From assembly GCA_043803685.1 (NCBI GenBank), contig JAZDJU010000100.1, forward strand, positions 1-57,562: DNA of 57,562 nucleotides, read 5' to 3'. This DNA comes from Candidatus Omnitrophota bacterium (GTDB taxonomy: Bacteria > Omnitrophota > Omnitrophia > Omnitrophales > Aquincolibacteriaceae). How positions within the stretch are numbered: position 1 is the stretch's first letter; every line of letters begins with the position of its first letter. The notes beneath the pieces were generated by a model. That model made no database searches. It was not told the origin of the DNA and saw only the letters and a list, made by a program, of their open reading frames with translations. The position numbers were made by a program, and so were the translations under genes. Positions 37,514 through 46,342 of this stretch are shown piece after piece.

Positions 37514-38940
37514 AGAAAGCTCCCGATAAAACGTGGTCTGCGTTTAAAATCCAGCATCAACGATCCCCTGGTAAACATTTTCTGCCATGAGCCCATAACC
37601 GGCGTCATTGCAGTGGTTGTCCGGCACAAATAATGCTTCGCGGGGCACTCCTTCGCGCATCTTCTTCTCAAAAATTGCGAAGTGGTCTACAAACAACAAG
37701 GAGTCCCGTTCTGCGATCCTCCTAAGAAGATCGTTTTCCGGGATCCCTACCGGATAATTCTGCAAAACCACCACTGCGCCGCTCGCCTGGATCTTCCGGA
37801 CGATCTCTCGGACATCCGAGGCGACCCATTGTTCCAGCTGGATAGGCGTCAACAGAAGAAGGTTTTCCGCCAGATCAGGGTTCTTCCGGTTGAATTCCTT
37901 GATAAAGGCGTCGATCTTTTCGTTAACAACCCGTTGGTCACGACCTTTATCTTCCAGACGCATCCCTATTATTTCCCTATAGCCCTCATTGACCTCGTCA
38001 ACAGACCTGAACCTCACGTTGGCATTCACGCCCTTTACAAACCAGCGCAAAGCCTCTTCATAATCTTTTAGAAAACGAAAAACGCACCCCACATAAACAT
38101 AATTCAATGGATGCGAAGGATCCTTTTCCACCGCACTCATAAAAACCTTCAAGGCCTCACGGCCTTCTGGCACATTAACGACAGAATCTTTCCTCCAGAA
38201 AAAAGTCGAGGTTTTTCTAACGAAGCCCATCGCCTTCAGGTATTCAGGGCTTCCACGATAACTGATATCCACCGAGGCTTCCGGGGCCATTGCGGTGTTT
38301 TTCTTCCCGCTGACATGCTCCCGCCACAACAAGAACAGACGGTAAACGCTGCTCGAATACACGATCTCACTGGCAGAATACCTGATCTTTTCTGCCCAAG
38401 AAACGGCCCAGCCTTCCCTCTTTAAATAATCCGTGTACCCTAAATGGTTCCAGCAATTAGCCTGCCCCGTCTGCAAAAGAACCAGGTTCGGCTTAAATCG
38501 TTGCAAGTTGGCGTCAAGCTCCGCGAGCAATTCGGTCGTATTCTGATTAGAACGACCGAGGTTGAGGACCACAGCGTTCTTTTCCCGCCTTCCGTTGAAT
38601 AGCAAGCGCTGCAATTGCTCAGGATAGCTCATGCCATCATTCGAACCAGAGCCTTTGGTGTACGAATTCCCGAAACACAAAACAACAAATGGCTCCCTTG
38701 ACGCCTCGGGGACATCAGTCCGGGAAGATTTCGTCTGCAGACGATAAACAACGCCCAACCCTCTTAAACCAGCTTCGAGGCAAAGCAACCCCAGAACAGC
38801 GCCGATCAAAAAAACTCCGAGTCGTTTCATAGAAAGCTCCCGATAAAACGTGGTCTGCGTTTAAAATCCAGCATCAACGATCCCCTGGTAAACATTTTCT
38901 GCCATGAGCCCATACCCGGCGTCATTGCAGTGGTTGTCCG
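37488..38940. repeat. Direct repeat 37488-37623 / 38805-38940 (136 nt, 1 mismatch)
   Basis: Covers a gene start, the intergenic spacer and the 3' end of the upstream paralog; period 1317 nt. Confidence 0.9.
37544..38830 (-). CDS. Membrane-anchored SGNH protein with TPR insert, paralog B (tandem duplicate of A)
   Basis: Same length (428 aa) at a 1317-nt offset from paralog A; long near-identical nucleotide tracts. Confidence 0.8.
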   Translation of the reverse strand: MKRLGVFLIGAVLGLLCLEAGLRGLGVVYRLQTKSSRTDVPEASREPFVVLCFGNSYTKGSGSNDGMSYPEQLQRLLFNGRREKNAVVLNLGRSNQNTTELLAELDANLQRFKPNLVLLQTGQANCWNHLGYTDYLKREGWAVSWAEKIRYSASEIVYSSSVYRLFLLWREHVSGKKNTAMAPEASVDISYRGSPEYLKAMGFVRKTSTFFWRKDSVVNVPEGREALKVFMSAVEKDPSHPLNYVYVGCVFRFLKDYEEALRWFVKGVNANVRFRSVDEVNEGYREIIGMRLEDKGRDQRVVNEKIDAFIKEFNRKNPDLAENLLLLTPIQLEQWVASDVREIVRKIQASGAVVVLQNYPVGIPENDLLRRIAERDSLLFVDHFAIFEKKMREGVPREALFVPDNHCNDAGYGLMAENVYQGIVDAGF

Positions 38941-40174
38941 CCCCAAAATAACGATCCCTCGATGGGTCCTGCATCAACCTTCGATCAAAGATCCTTTTTT
39001 GATCCACAAAAGACAGGCGCATGCTTTGAACGGTCTTCGCCACGGCATTATTCGCCATCGTGTCGATCGGATAATTCTGGACAAGAAAAGGGATCTTTCT
39101 CGCCTGAAGGATCCCTACGATCTCGCGCAGATCGGATTCGATCCATGACATGACGTGATGCGTATCTAACGAAAAAAGAAGCTTCGCTTTCTCTGAGTGC
39201 CTTTTCTTAAAGCTCTTGATAAAATCATCGATACGTTGATTCAATTTTTCATTGTCCGCGCCCTTATCCTGATGCCGAGCTTGACGTAAAGCATGATATC
39301 CCCGATGCAAAACATCGCCTCTTCTCAATTCTGGATCGACCTCCAAGGATCTAATATACCAGGAAACGGCCTGCTCATACTGCTTCTGAGAACGATACGT
39401 ATCCCCGATCAAAATATAATTCGAAAAATTCTCGGGGTCTTTTTCGATCGCTTGCAACAACACGCGCCGGGTCGTCAAGACGCGCTCCGCGTCAAAAGGA
39501 ATGCGCGTCAGGTCCACGAAGGGGGAGTTCAGGTTCGTCACATACTGAACTGCATCTCGATACGCCTCATCTAACAAATAGCTTTGATCTGAGCCGAGAG
39601 AGGGTCTTCTCAAAAAATCCCGGTTTTTAAGGTGCTCCGAGGCAAGGACTAATAGGCGATACACCCTGCTCTCGTAAAAAATCCGACGCAACAGCTCCTG
39701 AACTCCATCCGTCCAAGACAACAAACCGTTTTCTCTTTTCAAATAATTCTCATACCCTAAATAATTCCATTGGTTCGCCTCCCCTGTCTGCAAAACGACC
39801 AGGGCCGGCATAACTCTGTCCAAGTTCCGAGGAAGGTCCGTCAACAACTCCGATGTGCTTTGAGCCCCATGCCCCTCATTGACGACAACAAATTTCGAGC
39901 CCGGCTTTCGAAGATCGAGCATTCTTTGTAGCTGCTCTGGATAGCTCATCCCTGAGGAAGCTCCGACTCCCTGGGTATAAGAATTCCCCAAACACAACAC
40001 GACCTTGGCGTCCTGGCCATGGATGGACGGCATCCGATGGTCTTGGCCTTCCATGATCCCATGGACCAGCCCGACTATCCGTAACCCGGCCTCGAGCACC
40101 AGGAGCGCCACGAGAATGCCTATCGAAAAAACAAGCGCTCTCTTCATCCATGAGATTTCTTTATTATGGATCAT
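38861..40174 (-). CDS. Membrane-anchored SGNH protein with TPR insert, paralog C
   Basis: LEAGLR, GNSYT, GEAN, DNHCNDAGY. Confidence 0.8.
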   Translation of the reverse strand: MIHNKEISWMKRALVFSIGILVALLVLEAGLRIVGLVHGIMEGQDHRMPSIHGQDAKVVLCLGNSYTQGVGASSGMSYPEQLQRMLDLRKPGSKFVVVNEGHGAQSTSELLTDLPRNLDRVMPALVVLQTGEANQWNYLGYENYLKRENGLLSWTDGVQELLRRIFYESRVYRLLVLASEHLKNRDFLRRPSLGSDQSYLLDEAYRDAVQYVTNLNSPFVDLTRIPFDAERVLTTRRVLLQAIEKDPENFSNYILIGDTYRSQKQYEQAVSWYIRSLEVDPELRRGDVLHRGYHALRQARHQDKGADNEKLNQRIDDFIKSFKKRHSEKAKLLFSLDTHHVMSWIESDLREIVGILQARKIPFLVQNYPIDTMANNAVAKTVQSMRLSFVDQKRIFDRRLMQDPSRDRYFGADNHCNDAGYGLMAENVYQGIVDAGF

Positions 40175-41463
40175 GACAGAAGCTTCTCCGCCAAGATCTT
40201 ACGGTAAACATTTTCTGCCATAAGCCCGTATCCGGCATCATTACAATGCCCGTCCGGGACAAAAAGATCTTCTCGTTTTACGCCCTCGGCCATTTTCTCT
40301 TCGAATGCTTTTTTATTATCCACAAAAGGGATCCCATTCCGTCCGGCGACTTCCATCAAAACCTCATTCGCGCGCATCGTGACCGGATAATTCTGCACCA
40401 ATAAACGGGTTTTCCTTCCTCGGAGAATCCGTAGGATCTCCTCCATATCGGACTTCATCCACGATAAGATCTCCAAATCTTTTAACAAAAAAAGGAATCT
40501 CGCCTTCTCCGAATATTTTCCCATAAATTGTTCGATAAAATTATCGATATGCTCGTTCAGACGGTCATTGCTGGCGCCTTTATCCTGCTGCCTCGCTTCA
40601 CGTAAAGCTTGATATCCGGGATGCAAAGCATTGCCCCTTTTCAGCGCAGGGTCAACCTCCAAGGACTTGATATACCAGAAAATAGCCTCTTCATGTTTGT
40701 TCTGAAGATAGGCCATGTTGCCGAGCAAGATATAATTCACCGGATTTTTCGGATCTTTTTGGGTCGCGCGCAACAACACACGGCGAAACCTCAAAACGCG
40801 TTCCCGGTCAAGGGGCTCACGTTTTGAATTACCGTAGGGAGAGGTTGCGCTCATAATATACTGATTTGCTTCTTGATGCTCCCCATCTAAAAAATAACTC
40901 TGATCGGGACTCGGTAGCCTCCTTTTCAAAAAATCTGGAGCCTTTACATGCCCCGCCACAAGCGCCAGTAAGCGGTACGCCCGGCTCTGATAAAGAGCCC
41001 AGCGCAACAGCTCTTCAACCCCATCCCTCCAGCTTAGAGAACCGCTTTCCCTCTTTAAGTGTTTTTCATACCCTATATAATTCCATTCGTTGGGCTGACC
41101 TGTCTGCAAAATAACCAGATCGGGCAAAAACTTGTCCAGGTTCGATGGAAGCTCCGCTAGCAACTCCGCGGTGTTCTGAGAACCTTTTCCCTGATTGATC
41201 ACCCGCACTCGGGTTTTTGGCATCTGTCCTTTGAACATTCGCTGTAACTGTTCGGGATAGCTCATCCCCGCAGAAGCCCCGGTGCCTTGGGTATAAGAAT
41301 TCCCCAAACACAAGATGACATAAGAGCCCCGGCCAGACAAAACCCCCGGCCGGCGATCACCGCCCTCCATAAGGCCATACCCAAGGCCCAAAAGCCTTAA
41401 GGCCACCTCCAGAGCGATCAAGGCCACTAAAAAACCTAAAAGAAAAACGATGAGCCTTCGCAT
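40171..41463 (-). CDS. Membrane-anchored SGNH protein with TPR insert, paralog D
   Basis: Start MRRLIVF in TGATG overlap; LEVALR, GNSYT, GQPN, DGHCNDAGY. Confidence 0.8.
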   Translation of the reverse strand: MRRLIVFLLGFLVALIALEVALRLLGLGYGLMEGGDRRPGVLSGRGSYVILCLGNSYTQGTGASAGMSYPEQLQRMFKGQMPKTRVRVINQGKGSQNTAELLAELPSNLDKFLPDLVILQTGQPNEWNYIGYEKHLKRESGSLSWRDGVEELLRWALYQSRAYRLLALVAGHVKAPDFLKRRLPSPDQSYFLDGEHQEANQYIMSATSPYGNSKREPLDRERVLRFRRVLLRATQKDPKNPVNYILLGNMAYLQNKHEEAIFWYIKSLEVDPALKRGNALHPGYQALREARQQDKGASNDRLNEHIDNFIEQFMGKYSEKARFLFLLKDLEILSWMKSDMEEILRILRGRKTRLLVQNYPVTMRANEVLMEVAGRNGIPFVDNKKAFEEKMAEGVKREDLFVPDGHCNDAGYGLMAENVYRKILAEKLLS

Positions 41464-42902
41464 CAATCCCTTACCTTCATCTGGTGCCATTCCGGGGATC
41501 GGGCATACCAGTCCTTCGCCGGCATCCCGTTCAATAAACCGGACGCCAATTCCCGTCCCATCATCATGGCATGATCCATATTGCAATGAAGGAACAAGCC
41601 TAATCGACCGCTCGAATAAACATAGGGGTTCTTTAAAGCCAGGAAATCCAGCATCGTTTGAACGCTTTTTTCCCAGCCCAGAAAATACACCGCATAAACC
41701 TCCGGCATAAGCCATGTGAAATTCAAAGATTCATCCATCGTGGTCTCTGGCGATACAAGCTCCGCCTCATGCAGGGCTTTAAAACATATCTGTCCGATAT
41801 CCTTATCCGGCATCTCCCACCAGGGATCCCCCGGACTGCAAGGAACTTCGCAAATATAGCTTACCGGAAAACCGTCAGGTTGCAGAAGCGAAGAAAATCT
41901 TTGCGGGATAGAAACCCTGCCAAAAGGGTATTTTGATTCCGGGTAATAAAACGTCTCCCCGGTCAAGGCGGGGGGCTTGCTCAGGTGAAGGAAAACCAGG
42001 CGCAGGCCTCGCCACATCCGGCGCTCCACATCCGCCTGAAATCCCAACTTGCGGCATAAGGCATCGATCGGCATGGTTGAAACAAGCGCATCATAAGCAA
42101 CCGTGTGCCGTTCTCCGTCCGGCAGGGCAAAACTGATCTCTCTGGGACCTGAGGATTCGCTGATCCCAAGCTCTCGCGCCTCGGTCATGATCGCCCCTTG
42201 ATGCTCCACAATCTTTTGCTCCAGAGCCTTCGCTAAAGATCCGATCCCGTGACTGAAATAATAGAATTCGCCGGAGCTTTGTCCGCCCCATAAATGCCGC
42301 AGAATTTTTTTCAAAAATGCCAGCGGACACAACATCGATACTCTCTTTTTGGCCGCCAGAACAGAAATTAGGGCCGGATCCAAACCAAAAACCTTGCGAG
42401 CGTACGGCTCATAAAAAAGACGGTAGACCCGATCGCCCACCTGGCGTCTCAAATAACCTTCGTAGGTGTCGGAACCGGCCAAGGCGTCCCCGGACAGCTC
42501 TTGACCCGATTTCCGCCTCGCCCACGAGACGACAAATTCCCAAAGTTCCTTAATCCCTAGCGCTGAAAAAAACTGCAGCGTTTCGATGGGATAATCAAGG
42601 TGCTTGGTCCCGAACCTCAGCTTGCCAGCGCGCTGCCGGACCATTAGCTCCGGTCCCATCAACTGCTGCAAATAACACAGCTCTTCCTCCCCGATGTCCT
42701 TATGAATGCGATGCGAACCCAGATCATATTGATAGCCTTGGCGCGAAAGGGTCCTGGCCATGCCACCGGCCTCTGCTTCGCGCTCCAAGACAAGGACCTC
42801 TCCGGGATGCGCCTTTAAAAGTTCGCACGCCGTCGTAAGGCCGCTGATGCCGGCGCCTATAACAACGTATTTGTATTTCTTCTTTAACGGAACGCCTTGC
42901 AT
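41463..42902 (-). CDS. FAD-dependent oxidoreductase (UDP-galactopyranose mutase/HemY-like family common in glycan loci)
   Basis: VIGAGISGL, ERE..AGGMART, DLGSHR, GRLG..F...NMDHAMMMG. Confidence 0.8.
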   Translation of the reverse strand: MQGVPLKKKYKYVVIGAGISGLTTACELLKAHPGEVLVLEREAEAGGMARTLSRQGYQYDLGSHRIHKDIGEEELCYLQQLMGPELMVRQRAGKLRFGTKHLDYPIETLQFFSALGIKELWEFVVSWARRKSGQELSGDALAGSDTYEGYLRRQVGDRVYRLFYEPYARKVFGLDPALISVLAAKKRVSMLCPLAFLKKILRHLWGGQSSGEFYYFSHGIGSLAKALEQKIVEHQGAIMTEARELGISESSGPREISFALPDGERHTVAYDALVSTMPIDALCRKLGFQADVERRMWRGLRLVFLHLSKPPALTGETFYYPESKYPFGRVSIPQRFSSLLQPDGFPVSYICEVPCSPGDPWWEMPDKDIGQICFKALHEAELVSPETTMDESLNFTWLMPEVYAVYFLGWEKSVQTMLDFLALKNPYVYSSGRLGLFLHCNMDHAMMMGRELASGLLNGMPAKDWYARSPEWHQMKVRD

Positions 42903-42940
42903 ATAAAAAACCGGCCTTTCTTGCCCCTAAGAGATCGATC

Positions 42941-44218
42941 TCAACACCAACCCGCGGCCTTCATCCCCTCGAACACGTTTTCCGCCATAATGCCATACCC
43001 CTTGGCGCTGCAATGAGTGTCCGGACCGTACAGGTCTTCCCGGGCTATCCCCGTCGCAAGCTTCTTCTGAAAGACATCGAAATGATCCACTAGCGGCAAG
43101 CCCCTTTCCCCCGCGATCTTCTCAAGGATTCTGTTCACGGGCGTTTCAATAGGATAATTCTGCAACATCAGCGGGATCCTGCGCGCCTGGAGGATATCCA
43201 CGAGGGTATTCATATCGGACTCGACCCATTCTTCAACCTGGCTAGACGTCAGCATAAGAAGATTGGCCGCCTCTTGCGGGTGCCGCTGATTGAGCTGACG
43301 GATGAAATCATCGATTTTTTGATTTAACCGTTCGTCATCAACTCCCTTGTCCATCCGGCGCATCTGGCGTATCTCCCGATAACCTTTATGCAGCTCTTCT
43401 CCCGTGCGGCTTCGCGCGTCCACTTCCACGGAGCGGATGAACCAATCTACAGCCTTTTCATAATCTCCCCGATGCCGGTAAATGTGCCCGATAAAAACAT
43501 AATTTTCAGAATTCCCGGGATCAGAAACCAGTGCGCGCCAAACCACCTGAAGAGCCCAAAGGCTTTGACCGGGATCAAGCGTTACTTTCTGCGCGTTAGC
43601 GTCTCTGGTGAGTTGCGTCGCCTCGAGGTAGCTCCGGCTCATTCTATAGCGCCGGTTTTCACCTAAAGAAAAACCTTCACATGCGGCGCTCTTCTGCCGG
43701 AGATTATCACGCAACAAAACAATAAGCCTGTAAACGCGGCTTTCATAAAGAAGGTCTCTTACAACATAGGTCCCATGGCGGGGCCAGGAAAAATCCTTGT
43801 CTTTGCGCCTTAAATGATCCGTATACCGCAGATAATTCCATAGATTGGGCTGCCCGGTCTGAAGCAGCACAAAATCCGGTCTGTAGCGGTCCAGCTCCCT
43901 GGAAAGAACTTTGATCAATTCGGAGGTGTTCTGTCCTCCTTTTCCCTGATTGAGGACCTCAAACTTTCGGGAGGGCAACCGCTGGTCCAACAACCTTTGC
44001 AACTGGGCGGGATAACTCATCGAAGCCTCAGCCCCGTCGCCTTTGGTGAAGGAATTCCCGAGGCATAAGATCACCTGTTGGGACCCTGGCGCCGCCGCTG
44101 GCTTGGGGTCCAGAAAATCCCTCGCTGAAGCGTGAAGAAAGCTCACGCTCCTTAAGGAGATCTCCAGAACCATTACGACGGATAGAAGCCCTAAAAGAAA
44201 AACGAGGAGTTTTTTCAT
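42941..44218 (-). CDS. Membrane-anchored SGNH protein with TPR insert, paralog E
   Basis: LEISLR, GNSFT, GQPN, DTHCSAKGY; ATGA-coupled to the carbamoyltransferase. Confidence 0.8.
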   Translation of the reverse strand: MKKLLVFLLGLLSVVMVLEISLRSVSFLHASARDFLDPKPAAAPGSQQVILCLGNSFTKGDGAEASMSYPAQLQRLLDQRLPSRKFEVLNQGKGGQNTSELIKVLSRELDRYRPDFVLLQTGQPNLWNYLRYTDHLRRKDKDFSWPRHGTYVVRDLLYESRVYRLIVLLRDNLRQKSAACEGFSLGENRRYRMSRSYLEATQLTRDANAQKVTLDPGQSLWALQVVWRALVSDPGNSENYVFIGHIYRHRGDYEKAVDWFIRSVEVDARSRTGEELHKGYREIRQMRRMDKGVDDERLNQKIDDFIRQLNQRHPQEAANLLMLTSSQVEEWVESDMNTLVDILQARRIPLMLQNYPIETPVNRILEKIAGERGLPLVDHFDVFQKKLATGIAREDLYGPDTHCSAKGYGIMAENVFEGMKAAGWC

Positions 44219-45918
44219 GCCGTCAGGGCCTGGCTCCTTTTCTTCGCCACCACATGATTCCCAAGGACCAAAAGATCCATGTCGCTCTCAAAAAAACAAC
44301 GCAGCGCGTCTTCCGGCGACCCCGCCACCGGCTCTCCCCGGAGATTGAACGATGTGTTGATGATGACCGGAACTCCCGTGATCGCTTCAAACGCCTTGAT
44401 CAACTGCCACAGTTTAGGATTCGTGTCACGTCCGACCGTTTGAACTCGCGCGGAACCATCGACATGAACGATCCCGGGGATCAGGCTTTTTTTCTCATCT
44501 CTTACCTGAGGCGCCAAAAGCATGAAGGGCGAAAGACATTCGAGATCGAAAAATTCCCGGGCTCGCTCTTGGAGCACGACGGGAGCATAGGGCCTGAAAG
44601 GTTCTCTTTTTTTAACCTTGTCATTGAGGATCTCCTTCATCCCCGGATGGCAAGGATTCCCTAAGATAGACCTGTTGCCCAAAGCCCTCGGGCCAAACTC
44701 CATGTGCCCCTGAAACCATCCAACAACCTTGTTCTCCGCGATCTGTTTCGCCACAAAAGAAGCCAAGGCCTCGTCCTCGTACACTTCAAACGCCGCGTCA
44801 TGATTAAGAAGAATGCGGTGGATCTGCTCCTCAGAAAAAGAGGGCCCGAGATAGGCGTGGGACATGCTGGAGTGTTTGGGATTCTTTAAAACGCAACGGT
44901 CGATATACGCGGCCACTCCTAATGAACCGCCGGCGTCCCCTGCGGCCGGCTGAATAAAGACCTCCTTGAACAAGCCCGCTTCAAGGATTTTCGTGTTCGC
45001 CACACAATTGAGGAACAACCCTCCCGCCAGGCACAAACGGTCCATGCCGGTGTCCTGACGCACCTGACGCGCCACCGCCAGAAGGACCTCTTCGGTCAGC
45101 TTCTGCACACTTGCCGCGATATCACAATGCCGCGGCTCGATCCTCTCCTCCGGCTTTCTGTCAGGTCCGAACATCTTTACAAACCGGCGGCTGTACATTC
45201 TTCCGCCGTGATTAAATCCGAAAAAACGCTGATCCACAGCAAAGCTGCCGTCGGCTGAAACCTTCACAATGTCTTTGAGGGCCTTTAAATAGGTTGGTTT
45301 CCCACAACCGGCCAGCGCCATCACGGTACCTTCTCCCTCATGTGCCGCAAACCCAAGGTAGGTCGTGATCGCGGTATACACCAATCCCAAAGAATGGGGA
45401 TATGAAATTTCCTTCGAGATCTTGATATTGGAACCGCGTCCATATCCATAAGCCATGGTCGTCCATTCGCCCACGGCATCGGAGGTGAGGATCGCGGCCT
45501 CATCAAAGGGAGACACAAGAAAAGCGCTCGCGGCGTGGGAGAGATGATGTTTAATGAAAAACACCTTGCCCTGATAACCCAGGTCCTTTTCAAGGGTCAG
45601 CGGCAAAAGAAGTCTGTCTTCGAGCCAATGGGGCATGGTCTTCAGAAAATGCCCCAACGAGTGCGGCCAAGCCCTTAGATGATCGATCAGAACGCGTGAG
45701 AATTTCAAAAAAGGTTTTTCGTAAAACCCGATATGATCAATATCCGCGAAGGTGATCCCCGCCGCCTGGACGCAGTAGTTGATCGCATGGACAGGAAAAG
45801 CGGAGGAATTCTTCCGGCGGTCAAAACGCTCTTCCTGCGCCGCCGCAACGATCTCTCCGTTACGGACAAGACATGCCGCCGCATCATGGTAATGACAGGA
45901 TATCCCGAGTATATTCAT
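44215..45918 (-). CDS. O-carbamoyltransferase, NodU/CmcH/TobZ family
   Basis: ILGISCHYHDAAA, AAQEERF, HHLSHAASAF, DAVGE, EFGPRALGNRSIL, KKREPFRPYAP, HVDGSARVQT, NTSFN. Confidence 0.95.
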   Translation of the reverse strand: MNILGISCHYHDAAACLVRNGEIVAAAQEERFDRRKNSSAFPVHAINYCVQAAGITFADIDHIGFYEKPFLKFSRVLIDHLRAWPHSLGHFLKTMPHWLEDRLLLPLTLEKDLGYQGKVFFIKHHLSHAASAFLVSPFDEAAILTSDAVGEWTTMAYGYGRGSNIKISKEISYPHSLGLVYTAITTYLGFAAHEGEGTVMALAGCGKPTYLKALKDIVKVSADGSFAVDQRFFGFNHGGRMYSRRFVKMFGPDRKPEERIEPRHCDIAASVQKLTEEVLLAVARQVRQDTGMDRLCLAGGLFLNCVANTKILEAGLFKEVFIQPAAGDAGGSLGVAAYIDRCVLKNPKHSSMSHAYLGPSFSEEQIHRILLNHDAAFEVYEDEALASFVAKQIAENKVVGWFQGHMEFGPRALGNRSILGNPCHPGMKEILNDKVKKREPFRPYAPVVLQERAREFFDLECLSPFMLLAPQVRDEKKSLIPGIVHVDGSARVQTVGRDTNPKLWQLIKAFEAITGVPVIINTSFNLRGEPVAGSPEDALRCFFESDMDLLVLGNHVVAKKRSQALTA

Positions 45919-45928
45919 GCGCGCCCGT

Positions 45929-46090
45929 TCAGATCCCTGCGTAAATAAAAGTAGTCACCACCGCCGGACCGACATAGCACGCCAGGAAGACCAGCAGCGT
46001 CATGACAATAAAAATGGGCAGCAAAAAAGCGATCTTGTGCTTCTTGATCAGATAGAATATTTCCCTAAAAACATACCGGAGCTTGTTCAT
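45929..46090 (-). CDS. Small membrane protein, SxtK/DUF5989-like (53 aa), absent from the ORF track
   Basis: MNKLRYVFREIFYLIKKHKIAFLLPIFIVMTLLVFLACYVGPAVVTTFIYAGI; AAGGGGG RBS; typical position beside a carbamoyltransferase. Confidence 0.8.
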   Translation of the reverse strand: MNKLRYVFREIFYLIKKHKIAFLLPIFIVMTLLVFLACYVGPAVVTTFIYAGI

Positions 46091-46110
46091 CAGCATCCCC
46101 CTTTTTTAAA

Positions 46111-46341
46111 TCACGCCTGCCTTAGAAGATCATCCTCATCGGGTTCATACCCGGCGGCATCAAGCCAGCGGGCCTGGCCCTCCGCGCAAGGCCTGGGTAA
46201 AAGATCCCGTCGGAACAGCTTTAAAAATACGGCGGTGGGCCCAAACACGAAAATGTACGCGAGGACCAGAAGGGACACCATCAGTCCCTTTTTGACAGCC
46301 CTGATGACAGGTCGCATGAATTTCTGTATTTTTTTAAACAT
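46111..46341 (-). CDS. SxtJ-like small membrane protein (C-terminal half type)
   Basis: LLVLAYIFVFGPTAVFLKLFRRDLL...ARW...LLRQ pattern. Confidence 0.65.
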   Translation of the reverse strand: MFKKIQKFMRPVIRAVKKGLMVSLLVLAYIFVFGPTAVFLKLFRRDLLPRPCAEGQARWLDAAGYEPDEDDLLRQA

Positions 46342-46342
46342 A

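Noticed and set aside
44215..46341. Saxitoxin-like cluster (sxtI/sxtJ/sxtK homologs)
   Set aside because: No sxtA-type PKS, amidinotransferase or other core sxt genes; the context is glycosyltransferases and a Wzt.
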